From contig JAADHI010000108.1 of the NCBI GenBank assembly GCA_013151935.1, forward strand, positions 1 through 62,031: DNA of 62,031 bases. Direction: 5' to 3'. The stretch's first letter is position 1. Each line of letters begins with the position of its first letter. The stretch comes from Candidatus Manganitrophaceae bacterium. GTDB lineage: Bacteria > Nitrospirota > Nitrospiria > SBBL01 > JAADHI01. The notes under the pieces are model-generated. The model saw nothing but the letters and a program-made list of their open reading frames with translations, was not told the origin of the DNA and ran no database searches. Below are positions 46,706 through 55,752 of this stretch, in pieces. Both the position numbers and the translations under genes were made by a program.

Positions 46706-47440
46706 CTACTCCTTCGCGCTCAGTATAATCTGGACATCGCCTGAGTTGACCACCTCGGCAAAGACGGTTTTTTTGGACTCTAAATTCATGACTCGGATCA
46801 TCTCACCCAATTGTCCATCTTGTTTGGCTTTTCCAGAAGTCACGATCTGCAAGCCTTGCGAACGCACGGTGATCGTGACACGATCTCCCCGCTGCACAAG
46901 AGGCGCAATTTCAAGCTGATCTTCTTGAATTGGCATTCCCTTTCTGAGTGATCGTGTCAGGCGTTTTCCCAAAACCCCTTTCAGATCGGAAAGATAACGA
47001 CTGTGCAGACGACGAATCTGAATGGACTGAAGATGAATATCTTCTGCTTCAAGCACGTCGAGTCGACGAAGTTTTCGTGCTGCCACAACCACCTGGACAA
47101 TTTGGGAAACATCCGCGCTCACCCACTGCTTTAAAGGCCTTCCACCGAGGCCCTGCACATGCAGAACAAATACAGCGCGTCCTAAACTACGGTTTCGGTT
47201 CACGGCCCTGACTTTAAGGATTTTGCCTTCAGGAAGATCTTTCTGCCCATTCATCGCGGTCAAGCCCTCGACGGCAACTTCAGAGACATCAACCGAAAGC
47301 TGTCTGGCAACGTAGATTGAAATTGCCTTATTCACATCCTTCATCACGTTTTCAGACCCGATTTTTTGGGCCATAACGGGAAGGGCTATCCCCCCAAGAA
47401 AAAGAAAAATAATCATCATCAACAATAAAAGTCGTTTCAT
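46706..47440 (-). CDS. flgA: Flagellar basal-body P-ring formation chaperone
   Basis: ATG at 47440 (MKRLLLL..), with a C-terminal SAF/ChapFlgA segment VQRGDRVTITVRSQGLQIVTSGKAKQDGQLGEMIRV. Confidence 0.85.
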   Translation of the reverse strand: MKRLLLLMMIIFLFLGGIALPVMAQKIGSENVMKDVNKAISIYVARQLSVDVSEVAVEGLTAMNGQKDLPEGKILKVRAVNRNRSLGRAVFVLHVQGLGGRPLKQWVSADVSQIVQVVVAARKLRRLDVLEAEDIHLQSIQIRRLHSRYLSDLKGVLGKRLTRSLRKGMPIQEDQLEIAPLVQRGDRVTITVRSQGLQIVTSGKAKQDGQLGEMIRVMNLESKKTVFAEVVNSGDVQIILSAKE

Positions 47441-47444
47441 CAGC

Positions 47445-48230
47445 TTACCGTTTAATATTGTTAGCGATGGCCAGCATTTCATCCGAAGTCTGTATCGCCT
47501 TTGAGTTCAATTCATAAGCACGCTGTGCAATAATCATATTGACCATTTCTTCCGCGATATTGACATTTGAGCCCTCAAGCGCTCCCTGCAAGACAGAACC
47601 AAAACCATCGAGTCCGGGTGATCCGACGGTAGGATCACCCGAAGCTGCAGTCGTCTGATACAAATTTTTACCCAAACTGTTCAAACCTGCTGGGTTTGTA
47701 AAACGTGCAAGTTCAAGTGTGCCAAGCAATGTCGGAGCTGTACTTCCGGGCTGAACGGCATTGACTTCACCCCGTGAAGTGATGGTTAAAGCAAGAGTAT
47801 CCGTAGGGACAGTAATATCGGGTAAGACCGTGTAGCCCTCTGCGGTTACGATACGTCCATCGCGGTCCATCTTGAAGGAACCTGTCCGAGTATAAGCCGT
47901 AGACCCATCAGCCAAAGTGACCTGAAAGAAACCATCCCCCTCAATCGCAAGATCTAGCGGGGCATCGGTTTGCTGGAACTCTCCCTGGCTAAAGCCCCGA
48001 TAAACAGCAACCGCATTGACCCCCGTACCCACTTGAATCCCCACGGGAACCTGACCCGTTGGCGTCGTGGTACCAGGTGATTTTAGGGTTTGATACATCA
48101 AATCCTGAAAATCCCAGCGCCCCTTTTTAAACCCTACCGTAGAAACATTTGCCAGATTATTGGCCACAACTGCAACCGATAACTGCTGTGCCGCCATGCC
48201 TGTACTCGCAATTGAAAGTGCCCGCATCAT
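47445..48230 (-). CDS. flgG: Flagellar distal rod protein
   Basis: 261 aa with the N-terminal ..NNLANVSTVGFKK and C-terminal ..LEGSNVNIAEEMVNMIIAQRAYE rod signatures. Confidence 0.92.
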   Translation of the reverse strand: MMRALSIASTGMAAQQLSVAVVANNLANVSTVGFKKGRWDFQDLMYQTLKSPGTTTPTGQVPVGIQVGTGVNAVAVYRGFSQGEFQQTDAPLDLAIEGDGFFQVTLADGSTAYTRTGSFKMDRDGRIVTAEGYTVLPDITVPTDTLALTITSRGEVNAVQPGSTAPTLLGTLELARFTNPAGLNSLGKNLYQTTAASGDPTVGSPGLDGFGSVLQGALEGSNVNIAEEMVNMIIAQRAYELNSKAIQTSDEMLAIANNIKR

Positions 48231-48292
48231 AATAAGACCTCCCTATAAAACGGATATAACGTCATTTTCTATCTTTTTTTAATGAGCATTTT

Positions 48293-49065
48293 TTAACCCA
48301 TCCGCCCAATTTCATTGGCTGCTTTTCCAGCAATATCGTCTGCCGTCTGAATCGCTTTTTGCGCTGCTTCGTAACGTCGCATGACTGAAATCATCGCCAC
48401 CATTTCTTCAACAGGATTGACATTTGAGCCTTCCAAAGCCCCTTGTTGTATCTGTCCTTCAATCGACGGCACTGCCGTGCCACTCACGACTTTAAAGAGA
48501 CTCCCTCCTACTTTTTTGAGATTATTCGGGTTTGAAACGGTGTAGATTGGTAGGATATCTACAGCAATAATCGTCGCACCCGCTTCAGATCCCCGTACTG
48601 AAACATTCCCACTTGAGTCAATCGTAACAATGCCTGGCGGAAAAGAAATGGGTCCTCCACTTCCTAAAACGGGATAACCAGAGGTCGTCACAAGTGTTGA
48701 CGATCTGAGTCTAAAGTAAAATGTCCATTTCGCGTATAACGCACACCTTCTGGACTTTGCACCGCAAAAAACCCTTCGCCTTGAATTGCAAGATCAAGGG
48801 GCTCATCTGTTATTTGAATTGCCCCTGCGGAGAAGTCCGTCTCGACTGTTTTCAATAAACCAAAAGTTGAATCTGAACCCAAAAGCCTGGTTTGAAATTG
48901 AACATTCGTACCTGCGGCATCTGTCGATAATGGGGTCAGGCCTTCAAAGACGGCAATGTCTTTTTTAAACCCACTCGTACTGACATTGGCCAGGTTATTG
49001 GTAATCAATTCAAGACGTTTTTCCTGAGCCAGCGCTCCTGAAAGCACGGGATAAATCGAATTCAT
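48293..49065 (-). pseudogene. flgF: Flagellar proximal rod protein, interrupted by a single frameshift near 48700
   Basis: N-terminal part MNSIYPVLSGALAQEKRLELITNNLANVSTSGFKKD...YTRNGHFTLDSD (ATG at 49065 behind AAGGAG). The C-terminal part ..TLVTTSGYPVLG...LEGSNVNPVEEMVAMISVMRRYE continues in the -1 frame. Confidence 0.8.
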
Positions 49066-49110
49066 AAAAACTCCTTCATCTTCAGCTTCACACTTGACCT
49101 TCTTTCGAAG

Positions 49111-49126
49111 AGCAAGTTTCGTACCA
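49111..49126 (-). promoter_or_regulatory. Candidate sigma54 (-24/-12) promoter of the flgF-flgG-flgA-flgH operon
   Basis: The minus strand reads TGGTAC-GAAAC-TTGCT with correct GG-N10-GC spacing, 45 nt upstream of the flgF ATG. Confidence 0.6.
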
Positions 49127-49193
49127 ATAAATCTATATCGTGATGAGTGGCTTTTTATAAGAAAAAGAAGGTAAAACCAGTCTAAATGTGGCA

Positions 49194-49232
49194 TATTTTG
49201 CCGGGTAAGGTAAGGGGAAAGCGGCAAAATAT
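49194..49232. promoter_or_regulatory. 11-bp perfect inverted repeat ATATTTTGCCG-N17-CGGCAAAATAT, a possible flagellar EBP (FleQ/FlrA-type) site
   Basis: Lies 70-105 nt upstream of the -24 element, in the flgF/msrAB divergent region. Confidence 0.45.
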
Positions 49233-49370
49233 TCCGACATCTCCTTATATCCTTGACAGCAAGACCAGGCGTATCGTTCAATTTGAAGAAATGATTGTTT
49301 AATTTCACCCAAACTTAATTTTCGTGTGGAGAAGTATTGCAGTGCTTGAAGAACTTAGAGGAGTCTAATT

Positions 49371-50378
49371 GTGAATACGCAAAATAAAACAACCGAAATA
49401 GCGACTTTTGCCGGGGGCTGTTTCTGGTGTATGGAATCGCCTTTTGAAGAACACGAAGGCGTAATTGATGTCATTTCAGGTTATACCGGGGGCCCAGAAG
49501 TTGATCCAAGCTATGAAGAGGTCGCTGCTGGAAATACGGGACATTTTGAAGCCATTCAAATCACATACAATCCAGAAAAAATAAGCTATGAATCACTGCT
49601 TGATCTCTTCTGGCGACAAATAGATCCGACAGATGCAGGGGGATCTTTTGTCGACCGTGGCCCACATTATCGCAGCGCCATCTTTTATCACAACCCCCAA
49701 CAAAAAAACCAAGCCCTCAGCTCAAAAGAAAAAGGCGATACTTCAAAACGCTATGAGCAACCAATCGTAACTGAAATTAAAGAAGCCGGCCCCTTCTACA
49801 CGGCAGAGGATTATCACCAGGATTTTTACAAAAAGAACCCGAGCCACTACCAACGTTATCGCAGCGGCTCAGGTCGGGATCGTTATTTAAACGAAATCTG
49901 GTCCGATAAGGCAGAAAAAAAACCGCAACAATCCGATTTTAAAAAGCCGACGAAAGCGGAACTCAAAGAAAAACTCAGTGCCATTCAATTTAGAGTGACA
50001 CAGGGAGATGGCACTGAACCCCCCTTTGAGAACCCCTACTGGAATAATAAAGCCGAAGGTATTTATGTGGACATCGTCTCTGGCGAGGCGCTCTTTAGCT
50101 CAAGAGACAAGTTTGACTCTGGCACAGGGTGGCCCAGTTTTACAAAAGCCATTGATACAGAGGCCGTCACCCAAAAAAAAGATAAGAGCCTTTTCATGGT
50201 TCGCACAGAAGTACGCAGTAAAAATGCCGATGCTCACTTAGGTCACCTTTTTGACGACGGGCCAGCGCCAACGGGTTTGCGCTACTGCATCAACTCCGCT
50301 TCGCTTCGTTTTATCGCAAAAGAGACACTTGAGCAGGAGGGATATGAGGTATTTATAAAAGAATTTGAAAGAGAATAA
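49371..50378 (+). CDS. msrAB: Bifunctional methionine sulfoxide reductase MsrA/MsrB
   Basis: GGCFWCME (MsrA) and the C-terminal GTGWPSF ... [11 protein letters not shown] (MsrB). GTG start. Confidence 0.92.
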   Translation: MNTQNKTTEIATFAGGCFWCMESPFEEHEGVIDVISGYTGGPEVDPSYEEVAAGNTGHFEAIQITYNPEKISYESLLDLFWRQIDPTDAGGSFVDRGPHYRSAIFYHNPQQKNQALSSKEKGDTSKRYEQPIVTEIKEAGPFYTAEDYHQDFYKKNPSHYQRYRSGSGRDRYLNEIWSDKAEKKPQQSDFKKPTKAELKEKLSAIQFRVTQGDGTEPPFENPYWNNKAEGIYVDIVSGEALFSSRDKFDSGTGWPSFTKAIDTEAVTQKKDKSLFMVRTEVRSKNADAHLGHLFDDGPAPTGLRYCINSASLRFIAKETLEQEGYEVFIKEFERE

Positions 50379-50395
50379 AAATAAAAAATTGCAAT

Positions 50396-50677
50396 TTAAT
50401 GATCGACAAGCGCCCTGAGTTCTTTTCCTGCTTTAAAAAAAGGAACTTTTTTGGGTGGGACGGTTACAACTGTCCCTGTTTTTGGATTGCGTCCTTCCCG
50501 CTCCCGTCGATGCCTCAAGCGAAAGCTCCCAAAACCACGGATTTCAATCTTATCGCCCTTTGCCAAGGTTTCTTTAATGCTATCAAAAATGGTATTAATC
50601 AAAATCTCGATCTCACGCCGGGTTAATGTCGTGTAATCTAATGAAACCTTGTCGATTAATTCAGCCTTTGTCATCAT
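50396..50677 (-). CDS. ihfB: Integration host factor subunit beta
   Basis: EIRGFGSFRLRHRREREGRNPKTGTVVTVPPKKVPFFKAGKELR is an IHF-beta-type arm. Confidence 0.85.
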   Translation of the reverse strand: MMTKAELIDKVSLDYTTLTRREIEILINTIFDSIKETLAKGDKIEIRGFGSFRLRHRREREGRNPKTGTVVTVPPKKVPFFKAGKELRALVDH

Positions 50678-50712
50678 CTTCCCTCTAGCACACGCGCTTT
50701 TATCATCAAGAT

Positions 50713-51603
50713 TTACATCGAAAACAGATAATGTAATCCAACAGAAGAAACTGGAAACTGCATGTTCTTTAGCTTTCCAAAAAATCGATTTTCCAATAGT
50801 TCGCTCAAGAGGGTCTTTTCATCTGCTTCGATGATTTGAGGTTTGCCTTCGATCCCCGCCAATTCAGCTGAACGCTCGATGGCCCATTGCAAACTGCCTA
50901 ATTCGTCGACTAGACCCACTTCCTGCGCTTGCCGACCTGTAAAAATACGCCCATCAGCCAAGCGTCTCACTTCGTCAATGTGAAGCGAACGGCCTTCAGC
51001 GACAGCTTCAATAAATTGACTGTGCACATCGTCTAAAACATTCTGAAGTAAGGCCCGTTCCTCTTTTTTCATCTTTCGAAAAGGCGAACCGACATCTTTG
51101 TTTTTACCGCTTTTGATTGTAATCCCTTCGACACCAATTTTATCCAGTAGCCCCTCAATATTCGTGAGCTCCATGATAACGCCGATACTGCCAGTCAAAG
51201 TGCCTGGATTGGCCACGATGAGATCAGTTGCACTGGCAATGTAATAACCACCAGAAGCTGCAACGGTACCCATCGAAGAAACAACCTTTTTCTGACCGTC
51301 TCGTTGAATCTCAATCAGTTCATCGTAGATTTCCTGAGAGGCGGCAACACCCCCGCCGGGGCTATCAATTCGGATCAAGATTCCCTTTATATCTGGATTC
51401 TTTCCATAATGACGGAGTGTTTTTACAATTTTTCGAGAATCAAGGATGACGCCTTCAACTCGAATAAGCGCGATTTTATTTCCAGATCCCCAGCCCCCAT
51501 TACTGCCATCTTTTAGAGTCAGCCAATAGGCAAAAATGAAAAAAAGACCTGAAAAAATAAGGAAATAAAAACCACCGACGAGAAGTGATTTACGGTGTGC
51601 CAC
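50713..51603 (-). CDS. sppA: Signal peptide peptidase SppA, 36K type
   Basis: N-terminal TM helix, IDSPGGG, and GTVAASGGYY containing the catalytic Ser. GTG start. Confidence 0.88.
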   Translation of the reverse strand: MAHRKSLLVGGFYFLIFSGLFFIFAYWLTLKDGSNGGWGSGNKIALIRVEGVILDSRKIVKTLRHYGKNPDIKGILIRIDSPGGGVAASQEIYDELIEIQRDGQKKVVSSMGTVAASGGYYIASATDLIVANPGTLTGSIGVIMELTNIEGLLDKIGVEGITIKSGKNKDVGSPFRKMKKEERALLQNVLDDVHSQFIEAVAEGRSLHIDEVRRLADGRIFTGRQAQEVGLVDELGSLQWAIERSAELAGIEGKPQIIEADEKTLLSELLENRFFGKLKNMQFPVSSVGLHYLFSM

Positions 51604-51654
51604 ACATGTTCCTATCTGTCGACTAAGATCAATTTATAGAGGAAATTCGAATGA

Positions 51655-51717
51655 GAAGGCGAGGCAGATCCTTATTATGGGTTTTGCCTCGCCTTCTACG
51701 CTTCGTTTAGAGCGTAG
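51655..51717 (-). terminator. Two adjacent hairpins between rpsA and sppA (possible partial terminator or processing site)
   Basis: 12-bp stem GAAGGCGAGGCA / TGCCTCGCCTTC and 7-bp stem CTACGCT / AGCGTAG. The U-tail is weak. Confidence 0.3.
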
Positions 51718-51729
51718 AAAAAAATACGC

Positions 51730-53469
51730 TTACTCTCCTTCAGTTGTCTCTTTCATCTTGCTGGCAATCATTGCACCCAAGGATTGATCAAGATTTCCTT
51801 GGCTCTGATGGAAGGTGTCCAAAGCACTTTTATCCGAGTCTCGAGTTAAACCCTTGATCGTCAGTGCAATTTTTCGTTCCCCTAAGTCGATTCGTGCAAC
51901 CTTGGTTTCCACCTCGTTTCCAATATGGAAAACATCTTCAAGGCGATTTGGGGGTTCAACACCTGTTTCGCTGATGTGAACAAGCCCTTCGACTCCTTCG
52001 TCTAGCTCAAGGAAAACACCAAAATCGGTAATTTTTGTGACTTTACCTTTGACAATGTTTCCTTTTCTGAAACGCTTCGGAATGTCAGCTTCCCAGGGAT
52101 CGGATGACAACTGCTTGTAACCCAGCGAAATCCGTTCTTTGTCTCGGTCAACCTTCAAAACAACCGCATCAATTTCTTGTCCCTTCTTAAAGATTTCAGA
52201 AGGATGTTTTACGTGGCGTGTCCAAGAAATATCTGAAATATGGATCAAACCATCAATGCCCTCTTCGAGTCCGACAAAAACACCAAAATCTGTAATACTT
52301 CTGATTTCTTTGGCTTTAATGACTGTTCCAGGGGGATACTGTCTTTCGACTAAATCCCAGGGATTGGGCTCGATCTGTTTCATGCCTAATGAAATTTTGC
52401 GGGCCTTGCGATCAACACTGAGAATGACCGCACCAACCTCATCTCCAACAGAAACCAGTCTGGAGGGGTGCTTGACTTCATGAGCCCAAGACATTTCAGA
52501 AATATGCACCAAACCCTCAATACCGGGTTCAAGCTCAACAAAAGCACCATAATCGGTTAAACTTACGACTTTGCCCAAGACCTTGGTCTGAGGAGAATAT
52601 TTGCTTTCCACATCGCCCCAGGGGTCAGGGGTTTTTTGTTTTGTGCCCAAGGAAACACGGCCCGAAGTTTTGTCATATTTGAGCACAACGACAGAAACCT
52701 TGTCGCCGACAATAAAGAGCTCGGAAGGATGACCCACGCGGCCCCAGGACATATCGGTAATGTGCAAGAGACCATCAATCCCGCCCAAATCAATAAAAGC
52801 TCCGTATTCTGTGATGTTTTTGACAACACCCTCAATTACTTGTCCTTCGCGCAGCGAAGAAAGGGTCAAGGCACGTCGTTTGTCACGCGACTCTTCTAGC
52901 AGCACACGTCGAGAAACGACAATATTGCCGCGTTTGTGATTCATTTTAATAATTTTCATCGGATAGGTTTCACCGATTAAACGTTCGAGATTACGAACAG
53001 GACGCAGATCAATTTGAGAACCGGGTAAAAAGGCTTTTACGCCAATATCGACAATCATGCCACCTTTAATCCGAGAAAGTACTTTCGCTTCCACAATCGC
53101 TTCGTTGTTGTAAATCTCTTCAATTTCTTTCCAGATTCGCATCCGGTCGGCTTTTTCTTTTGAGAGAACAATATTCCCATCGGCATCTTCTCGTTCTTCC
53201 AGATAAACGGTGACGAGACCCCCGACTTTTAATTCAGCATATTCCTCAGGTTTAAATTCCTCTTTTGGAATCATTCCTTCAGATTTGTATCCGACATCCA
53301 CCAAGATGCTGTCCCCTTCAAACGCAAGGATCGTTCCTTCAAGCACACTGCCCTCGGCCTTATCCTGAAAGGTTGCGGCATAAAGTGCTTCCTGCGCCGC
53401 ATGGTTTTGACGTTCTTCCTCGGTGACGGCTTCTACTTCAAATGCTCTTTTTCGTTTTACTTTTGACAT
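51730..53469 (-). CDS. rpsA: 30S ribosomal protein S1
   Basis: 579 aa with six S1 repeats. Confidence 0.95.
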   Translation of the reverse strand: MSKVKRKRAFEVEAVTEEERQNHAAQEALYAATFQDKAEGSVLEGTILAFEGDSILVDVGYKSEGMIPKEEFKPEEYAELKVGGLVTVYLEEREDADGNIVLSKEKADRMRIWKEIEEIYNNEAIVEAKVLSRIKGGMIVDIGVKAFLPGSQIDLRPVRNLERLIGETYPMKIIKMNHKRGNIVVSRRVLLEESRDKRRALTLSSLREGQVIEGVVKNITEYGAFIDLGGIDGLLHITDMSWGRVGHPSELFIVGDKVSVVVLKYDKTSGRVSLGTKQKTPDPWGDVESKYSPQTKVLGKVVSLTDYGAFVELEPGIEGLVHISEMSWAHEVKHPSRLVSVGDEVGAVILSVDRKARKISLGMKQIEPNPWDLVERQYPPGTVIKAKEIRSITDFGVFVGLEEGIDGLIHISDISWTRHVKHPSEIFKKGQEIDAVVLKVDRDKERISLGYKQLSSDPWEADIPKRFRKGNIVKGKVTKITDFGVFLELDEGVEGLVHISETGVEPPNRLEDVFHIGNEVETKVARIDLGERKIALTIKGLTRDSDKSALDTFHQSQGNLDQSLGAMIASKMKETTEGE

Positions 53470-53524
53470 GAGAAGATTGTTCTCCCTTAACTTCCAGGAA
53501 GCTCGGATTTAATCAGAGCTTCCT

Positions 53525-54370
53525 TTACATTCTCTTTAAAGAATCGATAACAGTGTTAATAATCCAATCTGGCGTTGAGGCACCGGCAGTCACACCCACC
53601 CGTTCAACATCTGTAAACCAGTTTGACTCAATTTCCTCTTCCGTTTCTATGTGAAACACAGGGATACCATATCCCCGACAGATATCAGCCAAATGTGTTG
53701 TATTGGCCGAATTTTTCCCGCCGACAATTACCATTGTATCAACTTTTTCTGCCAAGGATTTTGCCTCGGTCTGGCGATCCTCTGTTGCATAACAAATGGT
53801 GTTGAAAATCTTTACTTCTTCACAGATTTCAAGGCATTGTACGACAATCTCAGAAAACTTTCTATAGGTCTGGGTGGTCTGAGAAATAATCCCCAAACGC
53901 TTTTTTGTGAAACGATTTAGAAAGGCTTTAATTTCCTCAAAAGACTCCGTAACAAGAATCTCTTCTCCAGCATGACCCAGTACGCTTTTTGTCTCAGGAT
54001 GATTACGGTCTCCAACCATCACCACCTGATAACCTTCATCCACAAGTTGTTTCGCATCACGCTGCGCATTGGTCACAAAAGGACAGGTCGCATCAAGTAC
54101 AGTGAGTCCTTTGTCCAGGGCCTCATCCATCACTTTCGGAGAAGAAACCCCATGAGAGCGGAAAATCACGACACCTGAATCGACTTCATCCAGCGACTCG
54201 ACACGATCAACCCCTTTTTCAGCCAAACGATTGACCACTTGAGGGTTATGAATCAGGGGGCCCAAGGTCTTGACGCTTCCGTTTTTCTCTTCCGCAGCGT
54301 CGTCCGCAATTTTAACCGCGCGTTTGACGCCGAAACAATATCCTGCATGTTCCGCAAGGATCACTTCCAT
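53525..54370 (-). CDS. ispH: 4-hydroxy-3-methylbut-2-enyl diphosphate reductase
   Basis: 281 aa with GYCFGVKRA, ..THGV.. and CPFV; IspH-like throughout. Confidence 0.93.
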   Translation of the reverse strand: MEVILAEHAGYCFGVKRAVKIADDAAEEKNGSVKTLGPLIHNPQVVNRLAEKGVDRVESLDEVDSGVVIFRSHGVSSPKVMDEALDKGLTVLDATCPFVTNAQRDAKQLVDEGYQVVMVGDRNHPETKSVLGHAGEEILVTESFEEIKAFLNRFTKKRLGIISQTTQTYRKFSEIVVQCLEICEEVKIFNTICYATEDRQTEAKSLAEKVDTMVIVGGKNSANTTHLADICRGYGIPVFHIETEEEIESNWFTDVERVGVTAGASTPDWIINTVIDSLKRM

Positions 54371-55024
54371 CTAAGAACCTCCAAAACTTTGCGACGCGCC
54401 TTTTGATGACAGACGATCCATCAATTGTTTTTTAAGCACAGCAATCTCTATCATAATTTTGCCAGAGATTGTAGCATAAAGTGTTTTTGCATGCATCCCC
54501 TCTTTACCTGCTATTTCAATCTCCGTTTTAAAATCAATGGGCGGACCAAAATGAATCACGATTTGACGAAAAAGCCTGGGGCAATGACTGCCGTGAATAT
54601 AAACAGGAATCACCGGAGTGCCTGATTCGACAACCACACGACCGATTCCTGGTTTTGCTTTTTGAAGACGACCATCCTTGCTGCGCGTGCCTTCGGGATA
54701 GTAGGAGAGCATGCCTCCTGCTTGTAGTCGGCTCACTGCTTCTTTCATGGCAGAGCGATCTATTTTTCCGCGACGAATCGGAAAACCACCTAGTTTTCTA
54801 AATAAGATGGCAATGATTTTATTACGAAATAATTCACTTTTTGCAATGTTATCCACGGGGCGTGGTAAAGCGCAACCAAGCAAAGGAATATCCCAATAGC
54901 TATTGTGATTGGCACAAATAATCACGCCACCGCGCTTTGGCACATTTTCCACACCAAGTACTTTCAGGCGAAAAAAGACCTTTGCAAATAAAGAAACAAG
55001 GATATGGGCGGTTTGATAAAGCAT
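54371..55024 (-). CDS. plsC: 1-acyl-sn-glycerol-3-phosphate acyltransferase
   Basis: Carries the NHNSYWD (HX4D) and YPEGTRS motifs. Confidence 0.85.
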   Translation of the reverse strand: MLYQTAHILVSLFAKVFFRLKVLGVENVPKRGGVIICANHNSYWDIPLLGCALPRPVDNIAKSELFRNKIIAILFRKLGGFPIRRGKIDRSAMKEAVSRLQAGGMLSYYPEGTRSKDGRLQKAKPGIGRVVVESGTPVIPVYIHGSHCPRLFRQIVIHFGPPIDFKTEIEIAGKEGMHAKTLYATISGKIMIEIAVLKKQLMDRLSSKGASQSFGGS

Positions 55025-55041
55025 CTCAGCTTAGAAAAATG

Positions 55042-55752
55042 TTAATCGGGACAGGAAACACCCACACGCACAACTTCTTTCAAAATGGCCTGCAGAACCT
55101 CATCGGGATTCAAATCTGTTGTATCAAGGACAATGGCGTCATCGTCCTTTTTTAAGGGGGAAAGTTTTCTGGAGGTATCTTTAAAATCACGGGTTTTCAA
55201 AGCTTGAGTCGTGCTTGAAATATTTGTTTTAATCCCTTGTTTTTTAAGATCCTTACATCGCCTCATGCCACGTACATCTGCATCTGCATCAAAATAAAAT
55301 TTGAGATCTGCATCTGGAAAAACAACCCTCCCGATATCACGACCTTCGGCCACAATACCCCCTTTTTCACCCACTTGTTGTTGAATCACCAACAGTTTTT
55401 TACGAACTGGCGCCAATGCAGAAATACGAGAAGAAAGTTTTGTCACTGCCGGATCTCGCAAAAAGGCGGTGACATTCACACCGTCTACCCAGACTTCGGT
55501 CTTTTTGCCCGTCACGGTCAAACTCAAATCAATGTCCTCACAAAATGAGGCGATTTCTGAAAGATTATCAGGGTCGATTTTTTCTTGAATTATTTTCCAA
55601 GTCATCGCACGGTAGAGCGCACCTGTATCGAGATAAAGATAAGAAAGTGCGGCCGCCAAAGCCCTTGCGGTCGTACTTTTACCCGCACCCGCCGGGCCGT
55701 CAATGGCAATCACGAGGGGCTTTTTAAAATGATATCCTAACAATGTACTCAT
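55042..55752 (-). CDS. cmk: Cytidylate kinase
   Basis: IAIDGPAGAGKST P-loop and GRDIGRVVFPDA. Confidence 0.92.
   Translation of the reverse strand: MSTLLGYHFKKPLVIAIDGPAGAGKSTTARALAAALSYLYLDTGALYRAMTWKIIQEKIDPDNLSEIASFCEDIDLSLTVTGKKTEVWVDGVNVTAFLRDPAVTKLSSRISALAPVRKKLLVIQQQVGEKGGIVAEGRDIGRVVFPDADLKFYFDADADVRGMRRCKDLKKQGIKTNISSTTQALKTRDFKDTSRKLSPLKKDDDAIVLDTTDLNPDEVLQAILKEVVRVGVSCPD

Noticed and set aside
49140-49165. A possible sigma28-like TAAA-N13-CGATAT on the minus strand upstream of flgF.
   Set aside because: Neither the spacing nor the -10 (GCCGATAA consensus) fits. The sigma54 element 20 nt downstream is a far better match.
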